From Carcharhinus longimanus (lineage: Eukaryota), in the NCBI GenBank assembly GCA_030264375.1, contig JASCQW010000061.1, positions 91,518,400 to 91,582,399 on the forward strand: a stretch of DNA of 64,000 nucleotides, written 5' to 3'. A program made the position numbers and the translations under genes. Below the pieces are notes generated by a model, which was not told where the DNA came from, made no database searches, and was given only the letters and a program-made list of their open reading frames with translations. This document shows positions 24,571 through 36,741 of this stretch, piece by piece. How positions within the stretch are numbered: the stretch's first letter is position 1; each line of letters begins with the position of its first letter.

Positions 24571-25838
24571 TACGTTTAACATCTGAGCCTCTGTACTTTG
24601 CATTTGTTTTGTCTGTGCCAAAATCTGTAGCCAGAACACCACTCCTCAGCACAAGAAATTTCAAACATGCTAAATTCTACAGTCTCCAATAGAGAGAAAG
24701 GATTGTATGGTGAATGAAGAAAAGGCCACCTGAAGAGGTAGATGGAATTCACCACTACATCATGAGAAATCAATACTGGCCTTTATTTCAGGTCCATAAA
24801 TGGAGAAATTCCAGGAACTAAAGCTGGCACAGATCTACTACTTCTGCTTAAAAGTGCAATAAGGACAATTTACTAACAGATCAGGAACATTGTTAATGCT
24901 TCAGCTACCAGACTCAAACTGCATGCTTACATGTATGTGCACCACTCAATTCAAAGCAGGTAAAATTTAACTCTAGGTGAGTGTGACAACTACCGAGGCT
25001 AGGTCAAATGAAAATTTCACAAGAGAATTGTGTGTTTTTTAAATTAGGGATATTTAAAAAGATAAAAAATGAAGTTAAGGCATAGATCAGCTATGATCAA
25101 ATCAAATGAATGGGCTCAAGCAGCTGTGAACTCTACATACAGTTAAAAAACACTCAAGAGGTAATAGTGATCCATCCTAACCAGCTTTTCCATCCAGTTT
25201 GACACTATGAACTCAACCATTGTGAGCCTTGTTGTTCCAAAGAATTTTGCACTGCGTTCTGCCAACTCAATTACTAGATCTGTAGTATAAACACAACCAA
25301 CTGTCTTCCAGTTTGAAGATCAAAAATGAATGCTACTTCACCCCATCACTGTCAGTTAGTAAGCAAAGCACTGCAAAATACTCAGGTTCATAATCATTTT
25401 GCAGACAAGATTCCTCGCTCTTCTCACCAGAACATTCTCAAATCCAATGTTATCTTGAATGCATCACAATGATTTGAACTCTTCCTCTGGTTGGTTATTC
25501 ATTTGTAGAGGGTAGGACAAACAAGTTTAATCTCATCTTTACCCACAAAATTTCCAGAGCAGTTCATGGACTAACCATTAGGATTAGGAACCTCAGCTCA
25601 ACTTTGTTGAGGTTCTGAGGGTAAATTAAGCATTTGCTATGCTGGCTAAGATGAACTCACTGCCAGCAGGATTTTAAACTAGTGATGTTTTAAATTGAGT
25701 AACTGCATATCAGATCACACAATGCTTTAATCCAGTACACCATCAGGGAAGTACATTGCCGCACGTGAAAGGGAAATATGTGCATTTCCTTACTGATTAG
25801 GCTAAGTCCAAAAGAAAATATAATTTAGGCAGTCTGCA

Positions 25839-25857
25839 TGTCCAGCAGATGGTGCTA
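25839..25857 (+). promoter_or_regulatory. CTCF-like motif
   Basis: tgtccagcagatggtgcta closely matches the CTCF core consensus (CCASYAGRKGGCRS). This is a motif match only. Confidence 0.4.
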
Positions 25858-26274
25858 CACCAACTGACACTGCCTAGCCACTCAACATTATCATTTCAAA
25901 TAGACTGTCCATTTCCTTTACAAATTATACATCACTTCATCTGACTGCTGCATTCAATGATTTCAAAACAAAAGTCATTTTGGGTTGAAGTCATATCAAC
26001 TTACTCCACAAAACAGCATGATTATGAAACTTTGGCTTGAATTTTGCCAGAGAATTTTAAATTCTAAGGAAGGCTATATTTGTATTTTACTGCACTTTCC
26101 AGATTGTAAAGACTAGTTAATAAGGCAAAGCTATAAGTGAAAATCAACAGCCTGCAAAATACAATTTCATGAAAAAAAACATAGAATACACAGAATTAGG
26201 ACAAGGTTAAGTAGTTGAGACAGCTTTCTTTCTTATAAAGAAATCCAGAAAGATTCTTATTCCAGAAAACTTTT

Positions 26275-27057
26275 GACTTGATTTATTATTGTTATATGTA
26301 TTAACAGAGTGAAAAGTATTGTTTCTTGTGCACTATACAGGCAAAACATACCATTCATAGAAAAGGAAATGAGAGAGTACAGAATGTAGTGTTACAGTCA
26401 TAGCTAGGGTGTAGAGAAAGATCAACTTAATGCAAAATAAGTCCATTCAAAAGTCTGNNNNNNNNNNNNNNNNNNNNNNNNNNNNNNNNNNNNNNNNNNN
26501 NNNNNNNNNNNNNNNNNNNNNNNNNNNNNNNNNNNNNNNNNNNNNNNNNNNNNNNNNNNNNNNNNNNNNNNNNNNNNNNNNNNNNNNNNNNNNNNNNNNN
26601 NNNNNNNNNNNNNNNNNNNNNNNNNNNNNNNNNNNNNGTTTGCCTAATGGATTGGGCTACATTCATTACCTTTTGTAGTTCTTTGCAGTCTTGGACAGAG
26701 CAGAAGCCATACCAAGCTGTGATACAACCAGGATTAAGGCTTTCTAAGGTGCATCTGTAAAAGTTGGAGAGTCGTAGTGGACATGTCAAATTTCCTTACT
26801 CTACTGAGAAATTAGAGGCGTTGCTGGCTTTCTTAACAGTGTCAGCAAGGGGCGACCAGGACAGGTTGTTGGTGACCTGGACACCTAAAAACTTGAAGCT
26901 CCTTCCTACTTTGTCCCCATTGATGTAGACAGGGACATGGTCTCCTTTACACTTCCTGGAGCCAATGACAATCTCCTTCGTTTTGTTGACATTGAGGGAG
27001 AGATTATTGTTGCCGCACCAGTTTACCAGATTCTCTATCTTATTTCTATACTCCGTC
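26275..27057 (-). mobile_element. Rex1/Babar LINE, 5'-truncated RT C-terminus plus 3' tail
   Basis: ORFs EYRNKIENLVNWCGNNNLSLNVNKTKEIVI...FKFLGVQVTNNLSWS and LSNFYRCTLESLNPGCITAWYG are characteristic of Rex1/Babar RT. Confidence 0.9.
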
Positions 27058-27677
27058 TTTAACAACAACATTCTTCAATATTCCACCAAAATTTTGTACT
27101 ACTTACTAATCAAACATCTGCATTTACTGGAACAATATCCTTTACAAATAAGAGATTTGCCAACTGAAGCAATCAACAAAAAAATCTGAAGAGCAATCAG
27201 AAAGCGGAGGACACTGAGAAAGAACAGGAACAAGTTAGGGCCCAATACTTTAACTGACAAATGTGAGATGACAAAATATTTTACTGATCGTTAAATCTTT
27301 GGTCATTTAAAAACAAAATCACTCTTGGGATGTGGGCATCGCAGGCAAGACATTTATTATGCAATCCTGGCTGCCCCAGGAAGGTAACTGAATATAAATT
27401 AGAAGGGAAAACAATTATAAGCGGGATAGTGTTTTGCACATGGAGGAGATGGAAATACATTCAAAGACTAACTAACATAACTGTTTTAGCGCTTCAATCT
27501 TCACAACTGGATTGTACTAATATAGCGCAGTTCTGAAAGTGATCAGCTAGGATGTAAATTTCTGAGGTGATCTTGGATAAGTGAAGCACCAAGTCACCAT
27601 CTCCAACTGTCCAGCTGATAACAGTCTGTGAAAATGCTGTGATAAATGTGCTATCAATACGACAGTCTATAGAATGG

Positions 27678-27815
27678 CAAAATGCTGCAACTACCCAAAA
27701 TCTGAAATACAAACACAAAATGCTGGAAATTACTCAACATGTCAGGCAGCAGCTGTGGACAAAGAGCTAGGTGCAATATTCAGGATGGTGACCTTTTGTC
27801 AGAATTGAAAAATGT
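27678..27815 (-). mobile_element. Penelope-like terminal fragment
   Basis: gcaaaatgctgc...aaatctgaaatacaaacacaaaatgctggaaattactcaacatgtcaggcagcagctgtggac; the reverse strand has a decayed hammerhead-like core ctgacaaaaggtcaccatcctgaa. Confidence 0.55.
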
Positions 27816-28371
27816 TTAGGTTTAAAGTACTTCAGCAGAAGGGGAGAGATTTCCCAGAATTCTCCCAGCAGCATAGAGACAGGCTAGGAGGCAAAGGGGT
27901 CAAGAAATAAGTAAAAGATTAGGAGAGCGCCCCAACACAGCCTAAACCAATCCATGGAAGGGTTTCCTCTTCACACTGATGGTCCAAACGACTGTGGCTC
28001 TCTTTAATTAAAACACTTCAACTGGTTTCTGAGAGTGCCTCTAATGAGATGTCCTATCATTCACCTTTTTGTCTCAATTCAATTGGTGCAACTGCTGACA
28101 GGGCTTTACTGACGGGCTTTACTGACAGCCCTCTTACTAGGTTATATGACTTGGAAAACTGTCCACTGTCCTCATCTGGTTGGTGGACACAGAAGCAGTC
28201 AGTAAGGAGTGAAGTTGTGTGGAAGGTACTTTGACGACAAGTGCAAGTTTTGGAACCACGTATGATCCCTATGTGAATTTCCTAAATCTTGTTGGAAAAT
28301 TCAACCCATTAACTCAGCTTCTTTCTCCACAGATACTACCCGACTTGAGTGTTATCTGCCTGTTTTGTTTA

Positions 28372-28659
28372 CACAATGGCACAGTATTTAGCACTGCTGC
28401 CTCACAGCTCCAGGGACTCAGGTTTGGGTGACTGTCTATGCGAAGTCTGCACATTCTCCCCACGTCTGTGTGGGTTTCTTCGAGGTGCTCCAGTTTCCTC
28501 CCAGAGTCTGGAAAGCGTGCTGGTTAGGTGCAGTGACCATGCTAAATTGTCCCTCCGTGTACCCAAACAGGTGCCAGAATATGGTGACCTGGGGATTTTC
28601 ACAACAACTTCATTGTAGTATTAATATAAGTCTACTTGTGACACTAATAAATAAACTTT
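28372..28659 (+). mobile_element. V-SINE alternative-tail subfamily
   Basis: Head ggcacagtatttagcactgctgcctcacagctccaggg; core ccatgctaaattgtccctc; tail ggggattttcacaacaacttcattgtagtattaatataagtctacttgtgacactaataaataaacttt. Confidence 0.85.
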
Positions 28660-29544
28660 TACAATCCTGAGAATGCCTTTGTACACACGGTGAAGTTGAT
28701 CTCATATTAGCATGCAATGTAATACAATGTATTCTACCATCCACCTATCTTGTTTGCTAATGGGTTTAGCTAGCTTTATCAAATAAAGCAGTTGTATATA
28801 TTGGCTCCGTGTAGTATAAAGAAAGTCACCGATTGCCTTTTTATGCCAAATAACACGAGGTGGGCCCACCTGAGCATTAAACTCATTTGGCTGCAAAGTT
28901 AAGAGGACAGGAAGTGCAAATATCTTCAATGTTGCAAATTCTTCATCATCAAGGAAAACAAATTGTGCTTTGGTGTTTTACAAGTAGGAAAGTTTAGCTG
29001 CAGCAATTAAATGCATCATATCTAGTTTTTCAAACCATCTGCATCAAACTCTCATGATGCAGCTGAGCAAGATGAGTGTTTACAAATAATTGTGGACCAA
29101 CTTTCTCTCTTTAAAGATAGCTGGAGCATACCATCCATGAACAACTGGGCTGGGGCCTGGTCTAGCTGAAGTTTTTTAACTAATGAGAAACATGAACTTC
29201 AACAATAGAAAAACACATCAAAATGCATCAGTTTGTAGTGAGCTCAAAGAGGTTAATCACTCCACTAAGGGAAGGTCAGGCATTAATGACAGTAAATATT
29301 CCAGGTACAGCTAATGAGAACAGCCTTTTAATAATTCTATTTTGAATTTCCAAAACTTGATAGCAGTCTCCTTGACAAAAAAGCTTTCTGATTGGGAAGG
29401 AAAAGGAAGGAAGGAAAAAGGCTACCCAACCATTGCACTAAAATGTTTTTTTCTACACAGCAACAGGATCTCTATGCAAAAATCATTCATGTAGCTCAAA
29501 TATAGAACGTGAAATTTGAGAAGTATTCTGCAGAAGTTAAATGA

Positions 29545-30535
29545 ATCATTTGCATTTATATAACACCTTTAACAATATAAAATATCCCTATGTGCTCCAC
29601 ATAAAAATATTTGAATTAGGTCATTTGGCCCTTTCAGCCTGCTCTGTAACCTCAATTTGCAACTCCATATTCCCACCACATTCTCAACTCCACATTCCCA
29701 CTACATACACAGTACCACTGACGAGGAAAATTTGAGTGTGACCCAAAAGAAGCCAAGTTAAGCTAGGTAACCAGAAGTTTGGTCAAAGATGTAGGTTTTG
29801 AGTGACATCTTAAGAGGGCACAAGGTGAGGAGGTGGCAATTTAAGCAAGGAATTCCAAAGCTCTGTCTTGTTGACTGAAGGCCTTCAAAAGATTGAACAA
29901 AGGAAATTGGGAAAGCACAAGAGAAACAAAAACTTGTATTTATATAGCAGTTTACACAACCACTGGTTTTACAGTATAGCCAATTTAGCACTTTCTGACA
30001 TGTAGTTCCTGTTGTAGAGAGTAAACACACGTAGCCAACATATAAAATGGAGAAATTCCACAAACTGCATTGCAATAACGACCAGATAATCTGTTTTTGT
30101 ATGATGCTGATCAAAAGGATAAATATTGGTCAAGATACTACACCACTGCTCTTCTTTAAAATAGTGCCATGTAATCTTTTGCATTCAACTGTGCAGGCAA
30201 ATTGGGATTCAAGTTANNNNNNNNNNGCACCTCTGACAATTCAGCTACTCTTCAGTAACAACTGGAGTGCCAGTGTAGATTTTTGTACTCTAGTATTGCA
30301 GTGGGACTTGAACTCAAAACCTTGTAATTCAGGGGCAAAAGTGCTACCAGTGGTGGACTGCAGAAACCGCAGAAGATTGGAGGAAGTTAAAGAGAAAAGG
30401 GGGCAGCAAGGCAATGAGGGGATTTGAAGGCAAGAGTGAACTGAAACAGTGCTGGTATGGGAGCCAAAGTAGGTCAGCAGAGCACAGAGGTGATGAGCGA
30501 ATGAAACTTGCTGCAAGTTCAGACACAGCAAACTT
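29545..30535 (-). mobile_element. L2 3' end interrupted by a Deu-domain SINE (29930-30352)
   Basis: L2-like ttgcatttatataacacc and ggtcaaagatgtaggttttgag...ggaattccaaagc flank a SINE with gaccagataatctgtttt, ggataaatattggtcaaga and gtgggacttgaactcaaaacc. Confidence 0.7.
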
Positions 30536-31149
30536 TAGGATGTGGCAAACTTTTGGAATAAAGAAGGATGCAAATAAATAAAAGTGCAACACAATAGTTT
30601 CCCTTCAGATTGCAAATAAGTGTGCCCTGACAGGCTACATTCAGTTAAATCATCCAATTACAAAGGCAAGGTTTTGCTCACTCAACACCCACCCCNNNNN
30701 NNNNNNNNNNNNNNNNNNNNNNNNNNNNNNNNNNNNNNNNNNNNNNNNNNNNNNNNNNNNNNNNNNNNNNNNNNNNNNNNNNNNNNNNNNNNNNNGCCAA
30801 CCATCCATTAGCAGCAGTATTAAGGCTAAGCAGTCTAATCCACTAGACATTTACATCAAATAGGGACAACTTTCATCTCCTCAATCAGAACTACATTTGA
30901 CTCCTTCTTTAGAACTGAAAATGGCAGTCTGCTTAACTCTATCATAACATCCCCTGTACTGACTCATTTAAAAATATAAAAAATACCATTCTGACTAACA
31001 AAGAAAAAGGAGTGCTTTGGGCATTAAAAGCTATTTAGGTTATCTGAGATAGTGGCAGAAAAAGTGCGTCAATATTCCAGCCACCTGCTAATTTTACAGA
31101 ATCATCAGATCTTACAACACTGGAGATTGCTGTCTGCCCATCAAATCTG

Positions 31150-31310
31150 TAAGAAGTCTCACACCACCAGGTTAAAGTCCAACAGGTTTATTTGGTAGAA
31201 AAAGCTACTAGCTTTCAGGCCTCTGACCCTTCGTCAGGTGAATGGAGAGCTCTGATCACAAACAGGGGATGTAAAGACACACACTCAGTTTACAGAATAC
31301 TGATTTGAAT
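31150..31310 (-). mobile_element. Penelope-like terminal repeat carrying a minimal hammerhead motif
   Basis: Minus strand: cacCTGACGAagggtcagaggcctGAAAgctagtagc...ccaaataaacctgttggactttaacctggtggtgtgagacttctt. It is the same family as 47409-47480. Confidence 0.75.
31206..31240 (-). ncRNA. Minimal type I hammerhead ribozyme-like motif
   Basis: CUGACGA core, extra A, stem II GGGUC/GGCCU (AGA loop, two G-U pairs), GAAA, palindromic AGCU with a CUA cleavage triplet, and a weak stem I (cac/gua). Activity is untested. Confidence 0.5.
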
Positions 31311-32687
31311 TTGAATTGGTTTTTGGAGCAAGCAAGATGGATTAAGGGTGTTCCCAGTCCACTTTTCACACTGGCTTTGTAAATTTATGAATGGAAACTC
31401 CAATATCAACAGTGGAAAAGCGCGACAAATGTGTGGTGGAACAAAACCTTGTAGGAATCTGTCCATGAGGTTGAAAATAATATGTTCATTTTGGGAAGTA
31501 AATAGAGAATCTCATGGGTGAGTTGGTAATTAAGCCAAACTTAACATGGTACAGAATGCAGAGAATAAAGATCTGGATTAGTTGGGAGTTGATCTTCAGT
31601 GGAACTCTTAAGGACAATTAGGGATGGGCAACAAATGCTGGCCTGGTCAACAATTACCACAACCAATGAATGAAATAAATTAAAAAATTGGAACATAGAT
31701 AATAAAGCTGATAGTATTGGCAGTATTGGCAACAGATAACGGTGTACTTCATCAAGTTTAACTTCACTGAGAAGCCAAAGTGATTAGAATTAGCACTTTT
31801 GTAGGAGTTTCTGGTGAGAATGGAACAGGATAAATTTGGTTTAGACAAAATTGGTTGGAGGAATTTTTGTCTCATTGACTTGGGGTCCTAGCAAATAGAA
31901 TTGAGGTTGGTGATGAATGGGAACATATTCATACTAATACAAACAGGTTATTTTGAATATAAATATATACAAATATAACAGATATATAACAAGATTTTCT
32001 TAGATTAGTAGGGAAAAATAAAAGATCCCCAAAGAATATTTAGAAGGTTCCTGTAGACATCCCCTATAAAATCATGGACTAATCTACAGCACAGAAATTG
32101 GGTTGCAGAAAAATATTTCAGAAACCCAGTGAAATTCTTCAGTTTCAGCTGCTGATGAAAACTGCAGCAAACAATATGGAATGAGAAAAGCACCTGTTGT
32201 GAAATGCTTTCAAGATGTTTTTATTCAGCTGTCCTGACTGCTGTACTTAGCTCATGGCCTGTACTTTGGTGAATAGACAGTTGTTCATTGTATCAGTCAC
32301 CCCTTAACTTGAACCATGAAAAATTTCACTAATTCAGGATGCAACATTCAACATGTATCAACATGTTCAGTAGTATTAAACTACCGCTCAATTAGGATCA
32401 GGCACAGAAACACAGACAGACACAACTGCAACATACAAGTGTTCTCCTCTCCCAACCCCCAATTCAATTTAGTGGGCACTATAACAACTCCCAAGTTATT
32501 TTTGTGGAAAGGAACAGCGTAAGAGACAGAGCAATGGAGAGGATTTGGGAAGTTTAAAAAAAAGAGGTGGGGGAGATGGAAGGAGGAAAAATGCAAAGTA
32601 GGGATCCCACTTGGTATCTCTGTTGTGAAATACATATTGTATGCCTTAAAAGCAAGCAAAGTCAAAATTAGATTACCTCGGAGGATC

Positions 32688-33065
32688 ACAGAAATCCTAC
32701 AGTGCAGAAAGAGGCCATTTGGCCCATCGAGTCTGCACCAACTACAATCCCACCCAGGACCTATCCGCANNNNNNNNNNNNNNNNNNNNNTGCAAGACAC
32801 CATATATGTAGCTGATGGGACGGCTGGTTTGTGATGCGGAGCAACGCCAACATCCCAGGTTCAATTCCCGTACTGGCTGAGGTTATTCAAGAAGGCCCGC
32901 CTTCTCAAACTCGCCCAAATGTGGTGATCCTCAGGTTAAATCACCATCAGATTGGTTCCACTGGTCAGTGCAACGTCGAGGGCCGAAGGGCCTGTACTGC
33001 GCTGTAACGTTCTATGTTCTAGTCAGCTCTCCCCATCATCTGGGGCTATGGCTACTTTACCTCTA
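32688..33065. mobile_element. Composite: HE1-like tail (-), a second tRNA-SINE (+, 32817-33065) and a short CR1 3' end inserted in it (+, 32951-33021)
   Basis: cagaaatcctacagtgcagaaagaggcc; ggttcaattcccgtactggctgaggttattc...cctcaggttaaatcacc; inserted gagggccgaagggcctgtactgcgctgtaacgttctatgttcta. Confidence 0.7.
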
Positions 33066-34988
33066 CACATATTAAGGAATTTGAGCAAGTCACTAGTGGG
33101 CTCCAGCACTAATGGAAATGGAGCTCAGGAAGAGGCAATTCCTTGAAGAAATGGGAAGAATTAAGTTCAAAATTAAGGGTCTATATTTGTTACATTTGGC
33201 TGATAATGCTCAAATAGTCATTCCTTCTACAGAAAATAGCTGTCAAACCCTGTCAAAATTTCTCTTCCCAACTACTGAATTTTTGACTTAATTTTCAATA
33301 TTAAGGTCAAATAAAAGAGCATTAGAAACCTCTCTGTGCAATCTTTATTAACAATTTCAAATACACAAGTAAACCAAATGTGCAAAATTGATCTTCATTG
33401 TGTTAATTATTTTTAAAAATCTATTTACTCCCTTCTGAACACATTTTTAATAGCCTACAGCATAAATACATCTTGCTTGGTTCTTTGCCATTCAGTGCCT
33501 AAAATTCTTGTCTCTCTCTTTTAAGAATTGATCCAGTTAACTTCAGTAGCACTTGTCGCAAGATTACTCCATGGAAAGAGGAGATATTAAGCTCGTTACA
33601 GACAGCACTATGCAGTTCATTGCTATGTTTAATTTGCGGCTAAAATGCTCAGTTATGTTTATTCAGACTTCAAAATGGTGGGATTGTCCAGATCATCGAA
33701 ATTAAATTTGCAACCAGTGCGTCCTCAAGTCAGACAGCTCTGTTGATGGTGCTACTGAAAACATTAATGCATCACTTCTCTTTCTGACAATTACTAGCCA
33801 GCAATATCATTTTTAATGTTTAAATTTAGTTACACATTTTTCTTCTGCTTATTATCATCATAGATTATATAGTTCTGCACCAACAATGTGGAAATCTGCT
33901 CAACAGTCCTACCTAGAGTCAAATTGAAAATCAAGCAATGAGAGTTTTCTTTCCCCTCAATAACCAGCTGTACAACAGTTATACTTGGCTAATGCTGAAT
34001 GATTCAGCTAAAAACAAAATAACAGAAGTGAATTTTCCCGTTTCTTAAATCTAGGACTCAAGACTAAATGCACAATTTTGTTTTAACCTTTTACAAAAAA
34101 ACAAATATTAAGGGGGCTCTTACAGCATAAAGTTTCTTGGATTATAAACTGCAAAAACTGTACTAGAAGTTTCACGTTCTTACCTGCTATGAAATAACAC
34201 CAATAAGGTTCAAAAAATATATATGAAACTGGATTGAGGAAAAGGCTCAGTTACACGAGGAACTTGCTTTTTTTTGCAGAGGAAATAACTAATTTGTAAT
34301 TCTGCTAAAAAGTGGCAATCAATTCACTAGAAAATAACACAGGTCGTGGCAACAACATTCGAGCAAGTGGTTTTATTCTGAATCACTGTAATTGAAAACA
34401 CATTTGTAGGCAACTGCTGTCACCTAGTTTTGGAAATGTACCACTCCGAGGAGCTAATCAAAATGCACTCAATGCAATCTCTCCAGTGAGGCTGGCTGTA
34501 CTGTACACAAGGAAGTCTACTGTATGAATGTCACCATTCACAACAGCACTCAACTCAACCAACATCGATACAGAAAAACAGCAGCCAAATTCCAGCCTCT
34601 GTTATTTCACATTTTCGCATCTAAAACCAATATTGTTGGGCACACAGCAAGAGGAACTGAAACCCTTTGGCAGCTATACGTGTTTTTAAAATGGTGCCTG
34701 CGATGCAATACAAGTCTCAATACAGCAGCGTATATTAACATTAGGTTATATTGACACACAGGAGTTTCAATTTTCAGTCTAAGGTATTTATAGATTAGTA
34801 AAGCAAAACGAAATCAACAGGGCTCTCATTAAATTCACATTAGAAACAAATTTATAATTCCAGAATACAACATCCTCATTTCTCTGAAATGCAAAATATA
34901 GATGCCGTAAGCAGCATTTATTTTGCTTTATTCTCTCAATGATAGATTTAAAATCATAAAATACCATTAATAAAATGCATTACAATAT

Positions 34989-35300
34989 ATAGAATCCTAC
35001 AGTGCAGAAGGAGGCCATTTAGCCCATCGAGTTTGCACTGACCACAATCCCACCTAGACCCTATCCCCATAACCCCATGCATTTGCCCTTGCTAGTCCCT
35101 CCGACACTAAGGGTCGATTTAACATAGTCAATCAACCTAGCCTGCACATCTTTAGACTGCAGGTGGAATCCAGAGCACCTGGAGGAAACCCACATAGACA
35201 TGGGGAGAATGTGCAAACTTCACACAGACATTGACCCAAGCCGGGAATCAAACCCAGGTCCCTGGCATTGTAAGGCAGCAGTGCTAACCACTGTGCCACC
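34989..35300 (-). mobile_element. Full-length HE1-like V-SINE
   Basis: Complete from tail (atagaatcctacagtgcagaaggaggcc) to head (ggcagcagtgctaaccactgtgccacc). Confidence 0.88.
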
Positions 35301-35719
35301 TTGGCAGACGTTAAACATTTGGCTTTAAAGTAAACTTCTCTTAGGAAACACTTCCTTGAATTTATTTATTGTTTAATTTAACTAACTGTTTATTTAGTTT
35401 GATGTGGCACTATTCAGATTTCAAACTAAGTCAAATATCTAACTTGGACAACAGCCAACAGAAAATGCATTGTTAACTATAATGCATGTTATTGTGGCCA
35501 CACTCTTCAAGATTGGTATACAGTAGGATAGCGTTTTGTGATAGTAACAGAAAGCAGGTTTACATAATCTTTCCACAAGTTACAGGATAAAAAGATATAC
35601 AATAGAATATCTATCTTGAAAGTTACGCCTGTTGAAAGCAACGTGCAGGCATTTTCTCAATTTTTTGGAAGCATGGAGCATAATGCAATACTGGCTTAAA
35701 CTGTTACTTCATAAAACTT

Positions 35720-36740
35720 CTTTCACAGGATGTGGGTGTCACTGCCATTTATTGCCCATTCCTAATTGCTTTTGAGAAGGTGATGGTAAGATGCCTTCTC
35801 AAACTGCTGCAATTTAGGTGGTGTAGGTACACCCACAGTGTACCTGTTGGGGACAAAGTTCCAAAATTTTGATCCAGCAGTAAGGAATGGTGTTATAGTT
35901 CCAAGTCAGGATGATGAGTTGCTTTGAGGGGAGCTTGCAAGTGGAGGTGCTCACGTGTGTCTGCTGCCCTGGTCCTTTCAGGTGGTGGCGACCATGGGAT
36001 TGGAAAGTGCTGCTGAAAGAGCTTTTGCTGTTGCAGTGCATCCTGTATATGGTACACTCTACATTGGTAGTGAATGTGGAGTGATGTTGGAACTGCATTG
36101 ATCCAACCAAGTGGAGAGAATTCCATCACACTCCTGACTTCTGCCTTGTAAATGGTGGATATGCATTAGAAGTCAGAAGGGAGNNNNNNNNNNNNNNNNN
36201 NNNNNNNNNNNNNNNNNNNNNNNNNNNNNNNNNNNNNNNNNNNNNNNNNNNNNNNNNNNNNNNNNNNNNNNNNNNNNNNNNNNGATATGCGTTAGAAGTC
36301 AGAAGGGAGTGACTCACTGCAGAATTCCCAGCCTCTGATCTGCTCTTGGAGACACAGTATTTATATGGTTGTTTCGACCAAGATTGTAGTTGGATTAGAA
36401 GCCGAGTGGCCCTGACAGAATCCAAACTGAGCATCAGCAAACAGGTTATTGTGATGCAAGTGCCACCTGATAGCACTGTTGATGAATATTTCCACTACTT
36501 TGCTGATGATCAACATTAGACTGATAGGCAATAATTGACCCGATCGGACTTGTGTTACTTTGTGGACAGGAAATACCTGGACAATTTTTTACATTGACGG
36601 GTAGATGTCAGTGATGCAGCTATTCTGGAACATCTAGGAGCGTGGTTAGTTCTGGAGCACAAACCTTCAGTACATTTTCCAAGGCACTGCCTTTTCAGTA
36701 ACCAATGTCTTCAGCCATTTCTTGACATCATTTGGTGCAA
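35720..36740 (-). mobile_element. CR1-clade LINE, second family, decayed
   Basis: Minus-strand translation YKAEVRSVMEFSPLGWINAVPTSL. The 3' tail ggatgtgggtgtcactgccatttattgcccattcctaattgc is shared with 9727-10040. Confidence 0.75.
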
Positions 36741-36741
36741 A

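Noticed and set aside
36158-36309. 26-bp near-identical sequence on both sides of a 100-N gap
   Set aside because: Typical contig-end overlap or allelic variant across a scaffold gap; most likely an assembly artefact.
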